Assembly (NCBI GenBank): GCA_964012805.1
Contig: CAXGUD010000029.1
Coordinates: 1-46,227, forward strand
DNA length: 46,227 nucleotides
Reading direction: 5' to 3'
Origin: an uncultured Bacteriovoracaceae bacterium
Lineage (GTDB): Bacteria; Bdellovibrionota; Bacteriovoracia; Bacteriovoracales; Bacteriovoracaceae
Below are positions 36,076-45,682 of this stretch, piece by piece. The position numbers and the translations under genes were made by a program. Positions within the stretch are counted from its first letter, which is position 1; every line of letters begins with the position of its first letter. The notes beneath the pieces are model-generated. The model was not told where the DNA came from and did not search any database. It saw only the letters and a list, made by a program, of their open reading frames with translations.

Positions 36076-36909
36076 ATGGGTTTAAGAATTAAAACTAACA
36101 TCGCTTCCCAGATGGTTCAACGAAATTTGAAGAACACATCTAACAGAGAAGCCGATGACCTAGAAAGATTGTCATCAGGTAAAAGAATTACCAAAGCTGC
36201 TGACGATGCTGCCGGTCTGGCCATTTCAACTAGACTAGAGGCCACAACGAAAGGTTTAAGACAAGCGACTCGAAACGCTAATGATGGTGTCTCACTGATA
36301 CAAACTGCTGAAGGAGGTCTGAGTGAGATTTCAAATATTCTGGTCCGACTGCGGGAATTAACGATTCAAGCAAGCTCGGATACAGTTGGTGAAAAAGAAA
36401 GAGGCTTCCTTAATAATGAATATACCGAGCTAACAGCTGAGATTGATAGGATCGGAGATTCAACCATTTTTAATGGAACCTACCTCCTCAATGGAGAAGG
36501 TGAAGGAATGCTTGAGTTCCATGTTGGTTCAGATGGAGACGATTTTAACAGAATCGAGTTTGATTCCGGTGCCACCAACGCAAAATCAGATAATATTGGA
36601 ATTGCTGGTACTACAATTGAATCAAAAGACGATGCTAGGGACTCTATCGGTTCAATTGATGAGGCCATTGATACCGTCTCTGGGCAAAGGGCCAGACTGG
36701 GGTCAATCCAAAGTCGTCTCCAATCGACGATCAATAACTTAGAAATTCAAACAATTAACCAGGATAATGCAAGGTCAGTTATTCAAGATGTCGATGTTGC
36801 AAAATCAACAGCTGCACTTGCTTCAACAGCTGTTCTAAAAAGTGCTGGTATTATGACATTAATGCAAGCGAATAATGTTCCAAATTCAGCGCTAAGGTTA
36901 ATTGGTTAG
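36076..36909 (+). CDS. fliC: Flagellin (minimal D0/D1 type, 277 aa)
   Basis: RIKTN, ERLSSGKRI, DDAAGLAI, RNANDGVSLIQTAEG, RARLG.IQSRL and DVDVA, with a GGAGG SD. Confidence 0.97.
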   Translation: MGLRIKTNIASQMVQRNLKNTSNREADDLERLSSGKRITKAADDAAGLAISTRLEATTKGLRQATRNANDGVSLIQTAEGGLSEISNILVRLRELTIQASSDTVGEKERGFLNNEYTELTAEIDRIGDSTIFNGTYLLNGEGEGMLEFHVGSDGDDFNRIEFDSGATNAKSDNIGIAGTTIESKDDARDSIGSIDEAIDTVSGQRARLGSIQSRLQSTINNLEIQTINQDNARSVIQDVDVAKSTAALASTAVLKSAGIMTLMQANNVPNSALRLIG

Positions 36910-36950
36910 AGATAGAGTTTACAAATTAAAAACAAAAGTATCTTAATCAT

Positions 36951-37022
36951 TGGGTGCTTATTTCATAGAAACGGATAGGAGTCCAGGAATTGTTGGGAAG
37001 CAATTTATGGATCTTAAGCCCA
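36951..37022 (+). ncRNA. Candidate CsrA/RsmA-binding GGA-rich element in the fliC 3' UTR
   Basis: Five GGA triplets within 36973-37011, two in hairpin loops, enclosed by a TGGGTGCTTA/TAAGCCCA stem just before the terminator. Confidence 0.5.
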
Positions 37023-37060
37023 CCCCCTCCAGGCTCGAAAGTCCCTGGAGGGGGAATTTT
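37023..37060 (+). terminator. Intrinsic terminator after fliC
   Basis: Perfect 11-bp stem CCCCCTCCAGG/CCTGGAGGGGG followed by AATTTTT. Confidence 0.9.
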
Positions 37061-37141
37061 TCCGGGACTATCTATCATTTTTTTTACTCTATTTGAAAAT
37101 TTATATTAAAAAAAATGCTCTCTTCATTCATAGAAGACACG

Positions 37142-38905
37142 CTATTTTTTTAAGGAAACATCAATTAATTGGGGGAGCGTCCCTATCTTGGGTAAAGACT
37201 TAGGCCATAGATATTTTTCAAAGTATTCATTTTTCTTGTAGATTAAGACCTTTGTTATTTTATGTTTTTTTAAGAACTCTAGCCAATCTGATTCTGTTTT
37301 TATGGACTCTAGTGTTGAGACATCTTTGGAGTTTTTTCTAGGACCAAAACTCCAAAAAGTATTTAAAAAATCTGTAGGGAAAAGGGAATAATCAACAAGC
37401 TTTGTAAGGTGTCCCCCCTCACCTTGATTGACCAGTAATACTTTTTCTTTAGTTCCGAGCTTACCCTGAAGGTGTAATTTATCAATATAGTTTGAAAAAT
37501 CATTAGTTTGTTTGGGAATAAGTCGCCTGTATTTAACGGTATCAAATAGAAAGAGAAGACATAAAAAGATACCTATTCCTTTTCTTTTTAGTCCTCCCTC
37601 TAAAAAGAACCTCTTTAATCCTTCTTTTGAACTATTAAGAATTATAATCAAACCTAAAAGGTGAATATGACCCATGTACCTGTGAATAGAGGTTACTCTA
37701 ACTGCTTCATAACGACCAAAAGTAGTAACATAGGCAATCCATAGAATAAGGAAATACCCTAAAAAAATAAGAAAGTAAGTTAGAATTGGTTTCACATCCT
37801 TCTTATTTTTTAATAAATACCTCAAAGTAAAAATTCCCATAATGGGGATAATAAGCTGTCTCGTAGAACCCCCATAAAGTATATTAAAGAAATACTTTTT
37901 TACCATCGTAGTAAAAATCTGTAATGAGAAAGGACTCCATAACTTTTCTAAAGCGGACAATGAAAAGTTGAAGACAAAGGATGAATCATTTAATTTAACC
38001 CATTGCTGGGAAAAAAGCTTACTGATCATTATTGCAAGCACAATACAAAGGGCTATTTTAAATTTATCACTGATATTTTTAGAGTTAAAAAAACCTCCCT
38101 TCTTAACAAGAAGCTCGGTCAAAGTGCAACCTATAAAGCCTAAAAAGCAAAGTGGGTACCCTACTGGCTTTGAAAAACAGACAAGAAGAGTTGTAAAGAA
38201 AATGCCGAGGTGCTTGTATTTTTTATCTTCTTTTAAAAGGGAATAGACAAAAATAGAAAAAGTACATGCAATAATACCATCTCCATACGCAGTAATAAAA
38301 TAGACTCTATCAAAGCATATCATTGATAAAAGAGTTGCAACCAACACCAAAAATTTATCTTTGAGGAGCAAATATAATGAGGAAACGAGAAAGAAAAAAG
38401 AAAGGATTCCTCCGCCCCACGATGAAAAAACCTTTGAGAAGCTATTAAAAAATCCCCAAAAAAAAGTCCCCATTTGAAAATATTCTATTTGATAGACTGG
38501 TGTCTTAAGCAAAAGACCGTTTGAGTACCAAAGATTCTTAGCAAATAGAGCAAAATTGTATTCATCCCAAAAACGAAGCCCTAAGATTGGTATCAAAATC
38601 ACAAGTGGCAAAATTATGACGACTAAATAAATTGCTGAATCCTTAAAAGCCCAATATCGTAATTGACCTAACCATTCTTTAAAGGATCCCCTTTCAATAA
38701 AAAAATACGATAACATTAGCGTTATTAAAAGTACTGAAGAGACTTGCAAGCTTAGACCTATTAGGACAGGAATAAAAAGGATGAGGTAGGAAAATGTATT
38801 AATAAAAGCGAATGAGTAAATTTTTTCAATTCCCATCGATTTAGAAAATGTTTGAGTAAAATATATAATGAAAAAAAATAAAGATAGGGCAAGAAAAATA
38901 GTCAT
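37142..38905 (-). CDS. Polytopic membrane protein, probable GT-C glycosyltransferase
   Basis: More than 10 TMs, a WDE acidic loop motif after the first helices, a soluble C-terminal domain, and a position downstream of a GtrB-like GT2. Confidence 0.6.
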   Translation of the reverse strand: MTIFLALSLFFFIIYFTQTFSKSMGIEKIYSFAFINTFSYLILFIPVLIGLSLQVSSVLLITLMLSYFFIERGSFKEWLGQLRYWAFKDSAIYLVVIILPLVILIPILGLRFWDEYNFALFAKNLWYSNGLLLKTPVYQIEYFQMGTFFWGFFNSFSKVFSSWGGGILSFFFLVSSLYLLLKDKFLVLVATLLSMICFDRVYFITAYGDGIIACTFSIFVYSLLKEDKKYKHLGIFFTTLLVCFSKPVGYPLCFLGFIGCTLTELLVKKGGFFNSKNISDKFKIALCIVLAIMISKLFSQQWVKLNDSSFVFNFSLSALEKLWSPFSLQIFTTMVKKYFFNILYGGSTRQLIIPIMGIFTLRYLLKNKKDVKPILTYFLIFLGYFLILWIAYVTTFGRYEAVRVTSIHRYMGHIHLLGLIIILNSSKEGLKRFFLEGGLKRKGIGIFLCLLFLFDTVKYRRLIPKQTNDFSNYIDKLHLQGKLGTKEKVLLVNQGEGGHLTKLVDYSLFPTDFLNTFWSFGPRKNSKDVSTLESIKTESDWLEFLKKHKITKVLIYKKNEYFEKYLWPKSLPKIGTLPQLIDVSLKK

Positions 38906-38948
38906 CAGAATATCTCTTGTTTAATAGTTAGAAAAATAAGAGGAAACG

Positions 38949-39830
38949 TTATTGAGTTATAATACTTGCTGAGTCTTCTGTTGAATTCTTTTTTTCAATT
39001 TTATCAGTAGTATTTCCTTCAACTATTTGATGGGTCTTACTATAAAAACTGGAGTTTGAATCTTTTTCTTTGGCCGCTTGAAATAACTCTCGGTAGCCTT
39101 TTTTAAAAGATGACTCTAAGGAAGTAAAAATGTTGAACTTAACGATACACCAAAGAGCAGAAAAACCGTCGCGCCAACCAATTTTTTTACCTTCGTTATA
39201 TGTACGCCCAAAATAAGAAATGGGCACCTCGTAAATACTTATTCCTTTAAGCTTGGCAATCTTTGCAGTAATTTCAGGCTCAATCCCAAACCTCTTAGAT
39301 GTGAGCATCATATTTTGTATAACTGGGGCCCTGAACATTTTATAACAGGTTTCCATATCGGTTAAACTTAAGTCAGTAAACATATTTGAAAGAGTTGTGA
39401 GGAACTTATTCCCAATAGAGTGCCAGTAATATAACACCCTCGTTTTATTTCCTTTAAAACGTGAGCCATAAACTACATCAGCATTTTCATTTAAAATTGG
39501 ATCCAAAAGGATTGCATATTCATTTGGATTATATTCCAAATCTGCATCCTGAATGACAATTATATCTCCGGTTGCTTCAGCAAAACCTCTCGTTATGGCA
39601 GCACCTTTACCCATATTTCTTGGCTGGAAAAAAGTTTTAATCTTAGGGTGATTTGAAAACTTATCAAGGATGAGTTTTTTAGTTCCATCCGTAGAGCCAT
39701 CTTCAACAATAATCAACTCAACCTCATTTATTTTGTCGTGTAGTTTTTTCACACTCTCCAAGACAATTTCAACTAAATGGGCAAGAGTTCTCTCTTCATT
39801 AAAAACTGGAATTACAATGCTTAATTTCAT
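38949..39830 (-). CDS. GT2 polyprenol-phosphate glycosyltransferase (GtrB/DPM1-like)
   Basis: [42 protein letters not shown] and FGIEPEIT. Confidence 0.92.
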   Translation of the reverse strand: MKLSIVIPVFNEERTLAHLVEIVLESVKKLHDKINEVELIIVEDGSTDGTKKLILDKFSNHPKIKTFFQPRNMGKGAAITRGFAEATGDIIVIQDADLEYNPNEYAILLDPILNENADVVYGSRFKGNKTRVLYYWHSIGNKFLTTLSNMFTDLSLTDMETCYKMFRAPVIQNMMLTSKRFGIEPEITAKIAKLKGISIYEVPISYFGRTYNEGKKIGWRDGFSALWCIVKFNIFTSLESSFKKGYRELFQAAKEKDSNSSFYSKTHQIVEGNTTDKIEKKNSTEDSASIITQ

Positions 39831-40077
39831 TAATATACCATATTATAGTGGTCAATTTTTTATACATATAATTATAAAAATGTTTTCTCTAGACTGTCAA
39901 AAACAATCCAAGTATTTCTAGTAACTGCAATTCAATCAATTCAACTCCTACTACATTTTTAAATGTTATCTTTATAAATCTACGCTTTTCAAGATCAAGG
40001 TATTTTTATAAAATGTTCCTCTGATTGTATTAAGTACAGTGAGTTTTTCTAGTCTTATTATCACATGGGGAAAATAA

Positions 40078-41385
40078 ATGGGGCATAATTCAAAAAGCAC
40101 TCCTCTCATTGAAAAACTTCTTTTTTTATCATTTTTCTTTGGAAGTGCTGGTCTCTATATGTCCATTAGTTTTATTGGGCTAAGTCATATTCTACTTTTT
40201 ATCCCCATACTATTTCTCGTGAAAAAAGAGAATTTAACTGACCTCCTTCAAAGTAAAACAGCACAATTTCTGATTGGGTTTATCATTTTGGGATCTCTTT
40301 CTGTTATTTTTAATTGGAATGAAATCAAAGCCTATGAATCCCCTTGGAAGCTTCTTTTTAAACTCAAATATTTTATCATCGCCCTTCTATCAGTTCCCTG
40401 TTTTTCTTTTTATATTAAATCGAGGAGACAAAATCCAAAATCTTCTCTTACATTTTTATTAAGATTCCTTCTTATAGCTTCAACCCTTGCCACATGCAGT
40501 GGTTTAATAGGCCTCTACACAGGTTTTAACCCTTTGACTTTCAAAAATGCCTGCAACCCTACTAGAAATTGTGGGATGTCAGGAATGCTTATGACCTATG
40601 CTTATAGTATTTCTATTTTTTGTAGCATTCTTTTTGGCTGGATTATTAATTTTAAAAAAAATGACTTCATTAGCAAAAAATACCTCATCATTATTTTCCT
40701 AATCAATTTTATTGGGCTTTACTTTACTTATTCGAGAGGCGCTCTTTTAGGATTTATCCTTTCAATACCCCTTTGCTTTTTTTGGAAAAACAAAACAATT
40801 TTCAAAGGTGGGCTTGTCCTTGCCTTTATTCTAACAGTACTTGGGGGCTCATTTTTATTTAACAAAGTGAAAAATGCTAAGACAACACCGAAAGATCAAT
40901 ACCTTGATACTTTAGATAATGGTCTTTACCGGCTAAAGGTTTATCCAGAAAGCGAACTTACAAGGCTTTCTCTCGTCTACGCAGCCATTCATATTTTTAA
41001 GGAAAATCCTATTCTCGGAGTTGGCTATAGAAACTTTAGTAATGTTGCCCCCTCCTATAAAAAGAAATATGACCTTAATAAAATCAGTAAAATTAGTGGG
41101 CATGCTCATAACAATTACTTTGAAGTCCTTTCCGGAATGGGTATCTTAGGAATGATTGCCTATCTTGGATTTATCTTTAGTTGGATCTGGACTTGTCTTA
41201 AAGGAACAAACATTTACTTGAAGATGCTCTTACCAGGACTTATTAACTTTTCTATTTCAGGCTTTTTTCAAAGTACCTTAATCGATGGAGAAATAACTTT
41301 CTTTTTGATGATTATTTTCGCCATCACTATAGTAAGCCAACAATTAGAAGGTAATAAAAATCAAGAAGAAGCCGTGACCCTTTGA
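40078..41385 (+). CDS. O-antigen ligase (WaaL/Wzy_C) family protein
   Basis: Multiple TMs, TYSRGA, NPILGVG and HAHNNYFEVL. Confidence 0.85.
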   Translation: MGHNSKSTPLIEKLLFLSFFFGSAGLYMSISFIGLSHILLFIPILFLVKKENLTDLLQSKTAQFLIGFIILGSLSVIFNWNEIKAYESPWKLLFKLKYFIIALLSVPCFSFYIKSRRQNPKSSLTFLLRFLLIASTLATCSGLIGLYTGFNPLTFKNACNPTRNCGMSGMLMTYAYSISIFCSILFGWIINFKKNDFISKKYLIIIFLINFIGLYFTYSRGALLGFILSIPLCFFWKNKTIFKGGLVLAFILTVLGGSFLFNKVKNAKTTPKDQYLDTLDNGLYRLKVYPESELTRLSLVYAAIHIFKENPILGVGYRNFSNVAPSYKKKYDLNKISKISGHAHNNYFEVLSGMGILGMIAYLGFIFSWIWTCLKGTNIYLKMLLPGLINFSISGFFQSTLIDGEITFFLMIIFAITIVSQQLEGNKNQEEAVTL

Positions 41386-42206
41386 GGAAAAAAAACCTTT
41401 TCCAATAATTTATAAAGAACAACGAAAGGGGCAATCATTAAAAAGTGTAAGAAGCTTTTCCACTTTTTTGCTCTTTTACTCACAGTTAGAATTTCGTAGT
41501 GAATAATCAGTAACTTTAACAAAAAATGGTTGATGCCAACCTGCTTTTTGTATTTATCCACTATTTTCAACATACATTTATATCTTTTTTCTGGATAAAA
41601 AGAGATAGAGCCCTCTCTTATCGCACACTTTGTTAAAGGACCTTTAACAAAAATGAGCTCTCCTGATAGCGCCAACCGGAGCCAAAGATCATAATCTTGA
41701 GCAGAAGGTAATGTCTCGTCCATTCCCTTAACCTTTAAATAGGTCTCCCGTCTTACAATAATGGATGAAGTTGAAAGAAAGCATCTTAAAAAAAGCTGGG
41801 GAAAAAGGGGTCTCTTTGGATCAAATCTTGTGTGAAGTTTTTGATGGTTATCTTCCTCATACTGATCATGGGCAATCATCACAACCTTATCGTCCATACC
41901 CGACTTAAACTTTTTGGCCACTTCTTCTATTTTGTTTGGCAACCACTCATCGTCTCCATCTAGAAAAGCAACCCACTCACCTTTGGCCTCTTGGACACCT
42001 CGGTTCCTAGCTGCAGCAGCGCCTTTGTTTTCTTGCTTTATCAAAGTAACAGGATAAGACTGTACAACATCACAGGTGTTATCTGAGGAACCATCATCCA
42101 CAACAATAACTTCAAAGGGCTTCAAAGTTTGCTTCATAACAGAGTCAAGACACCGTCCAATATACTCTTTTAAATTATAGGCAGGTATTACAACAGAAAC
42201 TTTCAT
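41361..42206 (-). CDS. GT2 family glycosyltransferase
   Basis: VSVVIPAYN, DDGSSD, AARNRG, FLDGDD and QDYDLWLR. ATG 42206 behind GAGGGAAGGG is preferred over 42305. Confidence 0.9.
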   Translation of the reverse strand: MKVSVVIPAYNLKEYIGRCLDSVMKQTLKPFEVIVVDDGSSDNTCDVVQSYPVTLIKQENKGAAAARNRGVQEAKGEWVAFLDGDDEWLPNKIEEVAKKFKSGMDDKVVMIAHDQYEEDNHQKLHTRFDPKRPLFPQLFLRCFLSTSSIIVRRETYLKVKGMDETLPSAQDYDLWLRLALSGELIFVKGPLTKCAIREGSISFYPEKRYKCMLKIVDKYKKQVGINHFLLKLLIIHYEILTVSKRAKKWKSFLHFLMIAPFVVLYKLLEKVFFPQRVTASS

Positions 42207-42229
42207 CTTTTTAACCCTTCCCTCATTTT

Positions 42230-43216
42230 TTATTGAAGCTTTCTTTTTAAATGAATCACTTTTTTTATAAGAAATCTCAAGATTTTGCTTGAGGCCATAT
42301 CCCACTCGCCAAGATACTCAATATGGTCTGCCCCCGTTCCCTTTTTAAAGTTATAAACACCAAGATTATTTTTCTTATCGACACCAGATAGGTCATATCT
42401 TTTTATGTTATTTGCATGGCAATGTGACAACAGGTTCCACAAAAGCCCATAAGAAGCATAAACTCTACGGGCCTTATCATTTGCCGCTGCAAAAAGGTCC
42501 CATGAATGATCGCCAATTGTTAAACAGGCCCTTATGGCAATAAGGTTCCCATCTGGATCCGAGCATTGGAGTAAGTGAATATTGTCTCCAAAAAGTTCTA
42601 ACAAATGAGAAATTTCCTCTTCTGAAAATTGCTCTCCTATCCCCTTAATTTTCTCCATTGAGTGGAACAACGCCCTCATTTCTTTAGAGTCAGGTTTTTC
42701 CCATTTCTGTATAATAGCCGGTTTTTTCCCAGAGCGTTTAAGGTTATGCCTCCAGTTTTTTGTAAGACTGGATTTGAGCCCTTCTAAATCTCTATCTAAG
42801 TTAACCATCATTGAGTAGGGTGAGACTTTTTTGTGCCTAAAGTTTTTCCAACCCAATTCATTAAGAGTTGTGACTGCTTTATGATCGCGGATATGATGGG
42901 AAAAGAGGCGGATATATAAAAACTTAACCTTCAATTCTCTTTTTAAAAAGCGGTAAAAAGTTTTGTCAAAAGCGGCTAAATCACCAGCTGGTCCACCTGG
43001 CACCCAAACAACGGCCAAAATATTTGAAACCTTTTTTATGAAACATTGAACCATTGCCTTGATTTCGTCATTTTCTTTAGAAAGGTAACGACAAACCACC
43101 TCCCCCTTTCTTTCCTTATAGGTTCCCCATGCAGAATATTGCATATAGGAAGGGCAAGAAAGTTGCGTTAATCGGGAGTCCCAAAAATCGTTAGATAAAC
43201 ATTTTTCCCAGTTCAT
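42230..43216 (-). CDS. FemAB/FemX-like tandem-GNAT (aminoacyl)transferase
   Basis: YMQYSAWG..K, VPGGP, WRHNLKRS, YDLSG and GVYNFKKG. Confidence 0.8.
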   Translation of the reverse strand: MNWEKCLSNDFWDSRLTQLSCPSYMQYSAWGTYKERKGEVVCRYLSKENDEIKAMVQCFIKKVSNILAVVWVPGGPAGDLAAFDKTFYRFLKRELKVKFLYIRLFSHHIRDHKAVTTLNELGWKNFRHKKVSPYSMMVNLDRDLEGLKSSLTKNWRHNLKRSGKKPAIIQKWEKPDSKEMRALFHSMEKIKGIGEQFSEEEISHLLELFGDNIHLLQCSDPDGNLIAIRACLTIGDHSWDLFAAANDKARRVYASYGLLWNLLSHCHANNIKRYDLSGVDKKNNLGVYNFKKGTGADHIEYLGEWDMASSKILRFLIKKVIHLKRKLQ

Positions 43217-43302
43217 GAATCTTCTTTTGTTATATTTACAAATAAGACAATTTGAGATCTAGTATTCAATTATCAAGTTATTTAAAAAGATAAGAGACTT
43301 TT

Positions 43303-44403
43303 ATGATCCATGTGTCGCCAACTCTCTCTCCCACAACTTTTTTCAAGTCCTTATTCTCATCTAAAAAAAATTACTTACAAGATATTCACCAATTTTCATA
43401 TGTCAGAGGGGCGCTGATCGCTGCCATTTTCTCAATAAAGAAAAGCAAAAATCTTTCCTCATTTCCAACAGTATGGGCGCCTGCTTTTATTTGTGACACC
43501 GTTTTTCTACTTTTTGAATCTTACGGCATTCCCTACAAGCTTTATCCGATAACGGAAGACCTTCTCCCGGACTGGAAAAGAGTCAATCATCTTAACTTTA
43601 AAGAAAATGACATCTTTTTGCTAGTCTATTTTTTTGGTTTTCCCATGGGTATTGATGAGGCCAAAGAACTTTGCCAAACAAAAGAACTCTCACTGGTTGA
43701 AGATTGCGCTCACAGTATCATTTCCCATATAAAACCCGATGGTATTGGCACTCATGGTGACGCAGCGGTCTTTGGTCTTAGAAAGGCCCTCCCTCTACCT
43801 CATGGGGGTTTCCTCTACATGAAAAAAATTCCCTTTGAAAGGCCCCACTCTGTTTCAGAGTCCGCAAGTATTTACAGGTCTCCTCTGAAAATGCTTATTC
43901 AATGGGCCTTTTGCAAGCTCAAACTAAAGTGGAGCAAATCAACACCTCCGATTAAAAAAGGAGAACTTAGTACCTTTCCAGATAACTATGCTCTCTTTGA
44001 TTTTCTTGAAGAAATGTCACCACTCTCTCGAAAAATTACAAATAGCATAAAAATAGACAATATTATCGAGCTTAGAAGAAATAACTACGAAATCTATCAT
44101 AAAAGTCTTAGACCTATAAAAGAGGTTCGTATTCCTTCGACTCTGACTCTCGAAAATGAACAAACAACTCCGTGGGTCTTTTTCTTTTTCTCAGAACAAG
44201 CAGAAGAGCTTATTAATTACTTGAGGCGCTTTAATATACCGGCCATCGATTTTCCGACACTCCATGTACCTATCTTAAATAATGAAGAATTTAAGTTTGA
44301 AAATAGTCTTTACAAGCAATCAGTTTGCCTTCCCGTCCACCAGGATATAGGAAAAAAGGAAATTAGCTTCATTATCCAAAAGGTTAAAAGCTTCTTTTCT
44401 TAG
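43303..44403 (+). CDS. DegT/DnrJ/EryC1/StrS-like PLP-dependent aminotransferase
   Basis: PAFIC, VYFFG, VEDCAH, the PLP Lys in FGLRKALP..GG, and LPVHQ. Confidence 0.8.
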   Translation: MIHVSPTLSPTTFFKSLFSSKKNYLQDIHQFSYVRGALIAAIFSIKKSKNLSSFPTVWAPAFICDTVFLLFESYGIPYKLYPITEDLLPDWKRVNHLNFKENDIFLLVYFFGFPMGIDEAKELCQTKELSLVEDCAHSIISHIKPDGIGTHGDAAVFGLRKALPLPHGGFLYMKKIPFERPHSVSESASIYRSPLKMLIQWAFCKLKLKWSKSTPPIKKGELSTFPDNYALFDFLEEMSPLSRKITNSIKIDNIIELRRNNYEIYHKSLRPIKEVRIPSTLTLENEQTTPWVFFFFSEQAEELINYLRRFNIPAIDFPTLHVPILNNEEFKFENSLYKQSVCLPVHQDIGKKEISFIIQKVKSFFS

Positions 44404-44524
44404 AGACCTTTTTAAAATGTTGCGTAAGTAAATTCCATGGATTCGTTAAGGGTTCCGCCCCATACTGTCAAGTAGAGTAAGGAAGCATAAAAAAGGGCCT
44501 CTAGGGCTATTTTTGCTATATTTT

Positions 44525-45682
44525 TCATAGATCACCTTTGAGGACACCATGATCAATCAAAGCTTTTTTAAAGTGATGAGCGACTTTATAATTTCCTGAA
44601 ATGGTCATATTAATACAATTAAAAGTATCTCTTCTAGGAATCAACTTTAAGTCTGATAAATCAATAGCATCAACACTTTTAAGAGTGCTCATCACATTAA
44701 GGAGGGGTTTTTTATAATATTTATTATAGCTGTCATCATCAGCGCATTGGGCCTCAGGACCTATATAATAAAACATCCTTTTTCCATAGACATGATTCAA
44801 TTTATCCACAAGAGAGAAGACTAAGTTAAAATCAGGGTACAATTCATTGGTCTGAAGCTTTTTAACATGGTCTCCCACCTTTGGATAAAAGGGCTTTTTA
44901 AATGGTTTCACAGGAAGGACGTCCAACTGCTTTTTAAAATCTTCAAAATACTTTTCTGAAGACAGGTCTGCTGCCCAAGTTTGGACCCTCTTTCTAAAAA
45001 ATCTTAAATAATCTGTTTTTACTTTGGCTTTTGAAAACGATTTGGGAATAGAAAAAACCTTATTGTTAGTTTCTCCCTCGTAATTCAAATTTTCAATTCC
45101 CCCTTCAACTCTTTTGAAAAGGGACTGAACCTCTTCTATTTCAGGGTGCTGTTTTTGAACTCTTTTTAATAAGCCATAAAGCTCAAATAAGTTAATGGAC
45201 CTATTTTTTTCCGAGTTACCAAGAAGAGAGTTTTTTTCAAATTTTTCAGGAAAAAATTCATCATGCCATATAAAAACCTTTGCCTTTCGATCTGATAAAA
45301 ACTTTAAATAAGTGATAAGGTTATGAGCAAGGCTTTTTCCTGGCACTGCTAAATTATAAACGTCAACAGGAGTTCCTTTTTTCTTAAGCTCCAATTCAAG
45401 AAGGTGAGATATAGAACAACTTGGATGAAGTTTGTCCTCAGTGCACCATAAAGACTCCAATTGACAACTACCGCTTAAAATAATTTTAAGATTTTTGCTT
45501 TTTTTGCTTACTTCAGTGAACGCTTCATGCTTTTTAACATCTTCAAAATTATCCACATAGCTATGGGAAAAGTAATAAGACAAAGAAGAAAAATGCCGGT
45601 CAATAAACAAACGACCATCCACACTCAAAAAGAGGGCAGAGAAAAAGACAAGAAAAAATAAAAATAATAATTTATCTTTCAC
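44525..45682 (-). CDS. Membrane-anchored SGNH-fold (DltD/AlgJ-like) protein with a degenerate triad
   Basis: N-terminal TM, block I-like ILSGSC, block II VYNLAVPG and block V-like FNCINMTISG. Its GTG abuts the MBOAT stop codon. Confidence 0.6.
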   Translation of the reverse strand: MKDKLLFLFFLVFFSALFLSVDGRLFIDRHFSSLSYYFSHSYVDNFEDVKKHEAFTEVSKKSKNLKIILSGSCQLESLWCTEDKLHPSCSISHLLELELKKKGTPVDVYNLAVPGKSLAHNLITYLKFLSDRKAKVFIWHDEFFPEKFEKNSLLGNSEKNRSINLFELYGLLKRVQKQHPEIEEVQSLFKRVEGGIENLNYEGETNNKVFSIPKSFSKAKVKTDYLRFFRKRVQTWAADLSSEKYFEDFKKQLDVLPVKPFKKPFYPKVGDHVKKLQTNELYPDFNLVFSLVDKLNHVYGKRMFYYIGPEAQCADDDSYNKYYKKPLLNVMSTLKSVDAIDLSDLKLIPRRDTFNCINMTISGNYKVAHHFKKALIDHGVLKGDL

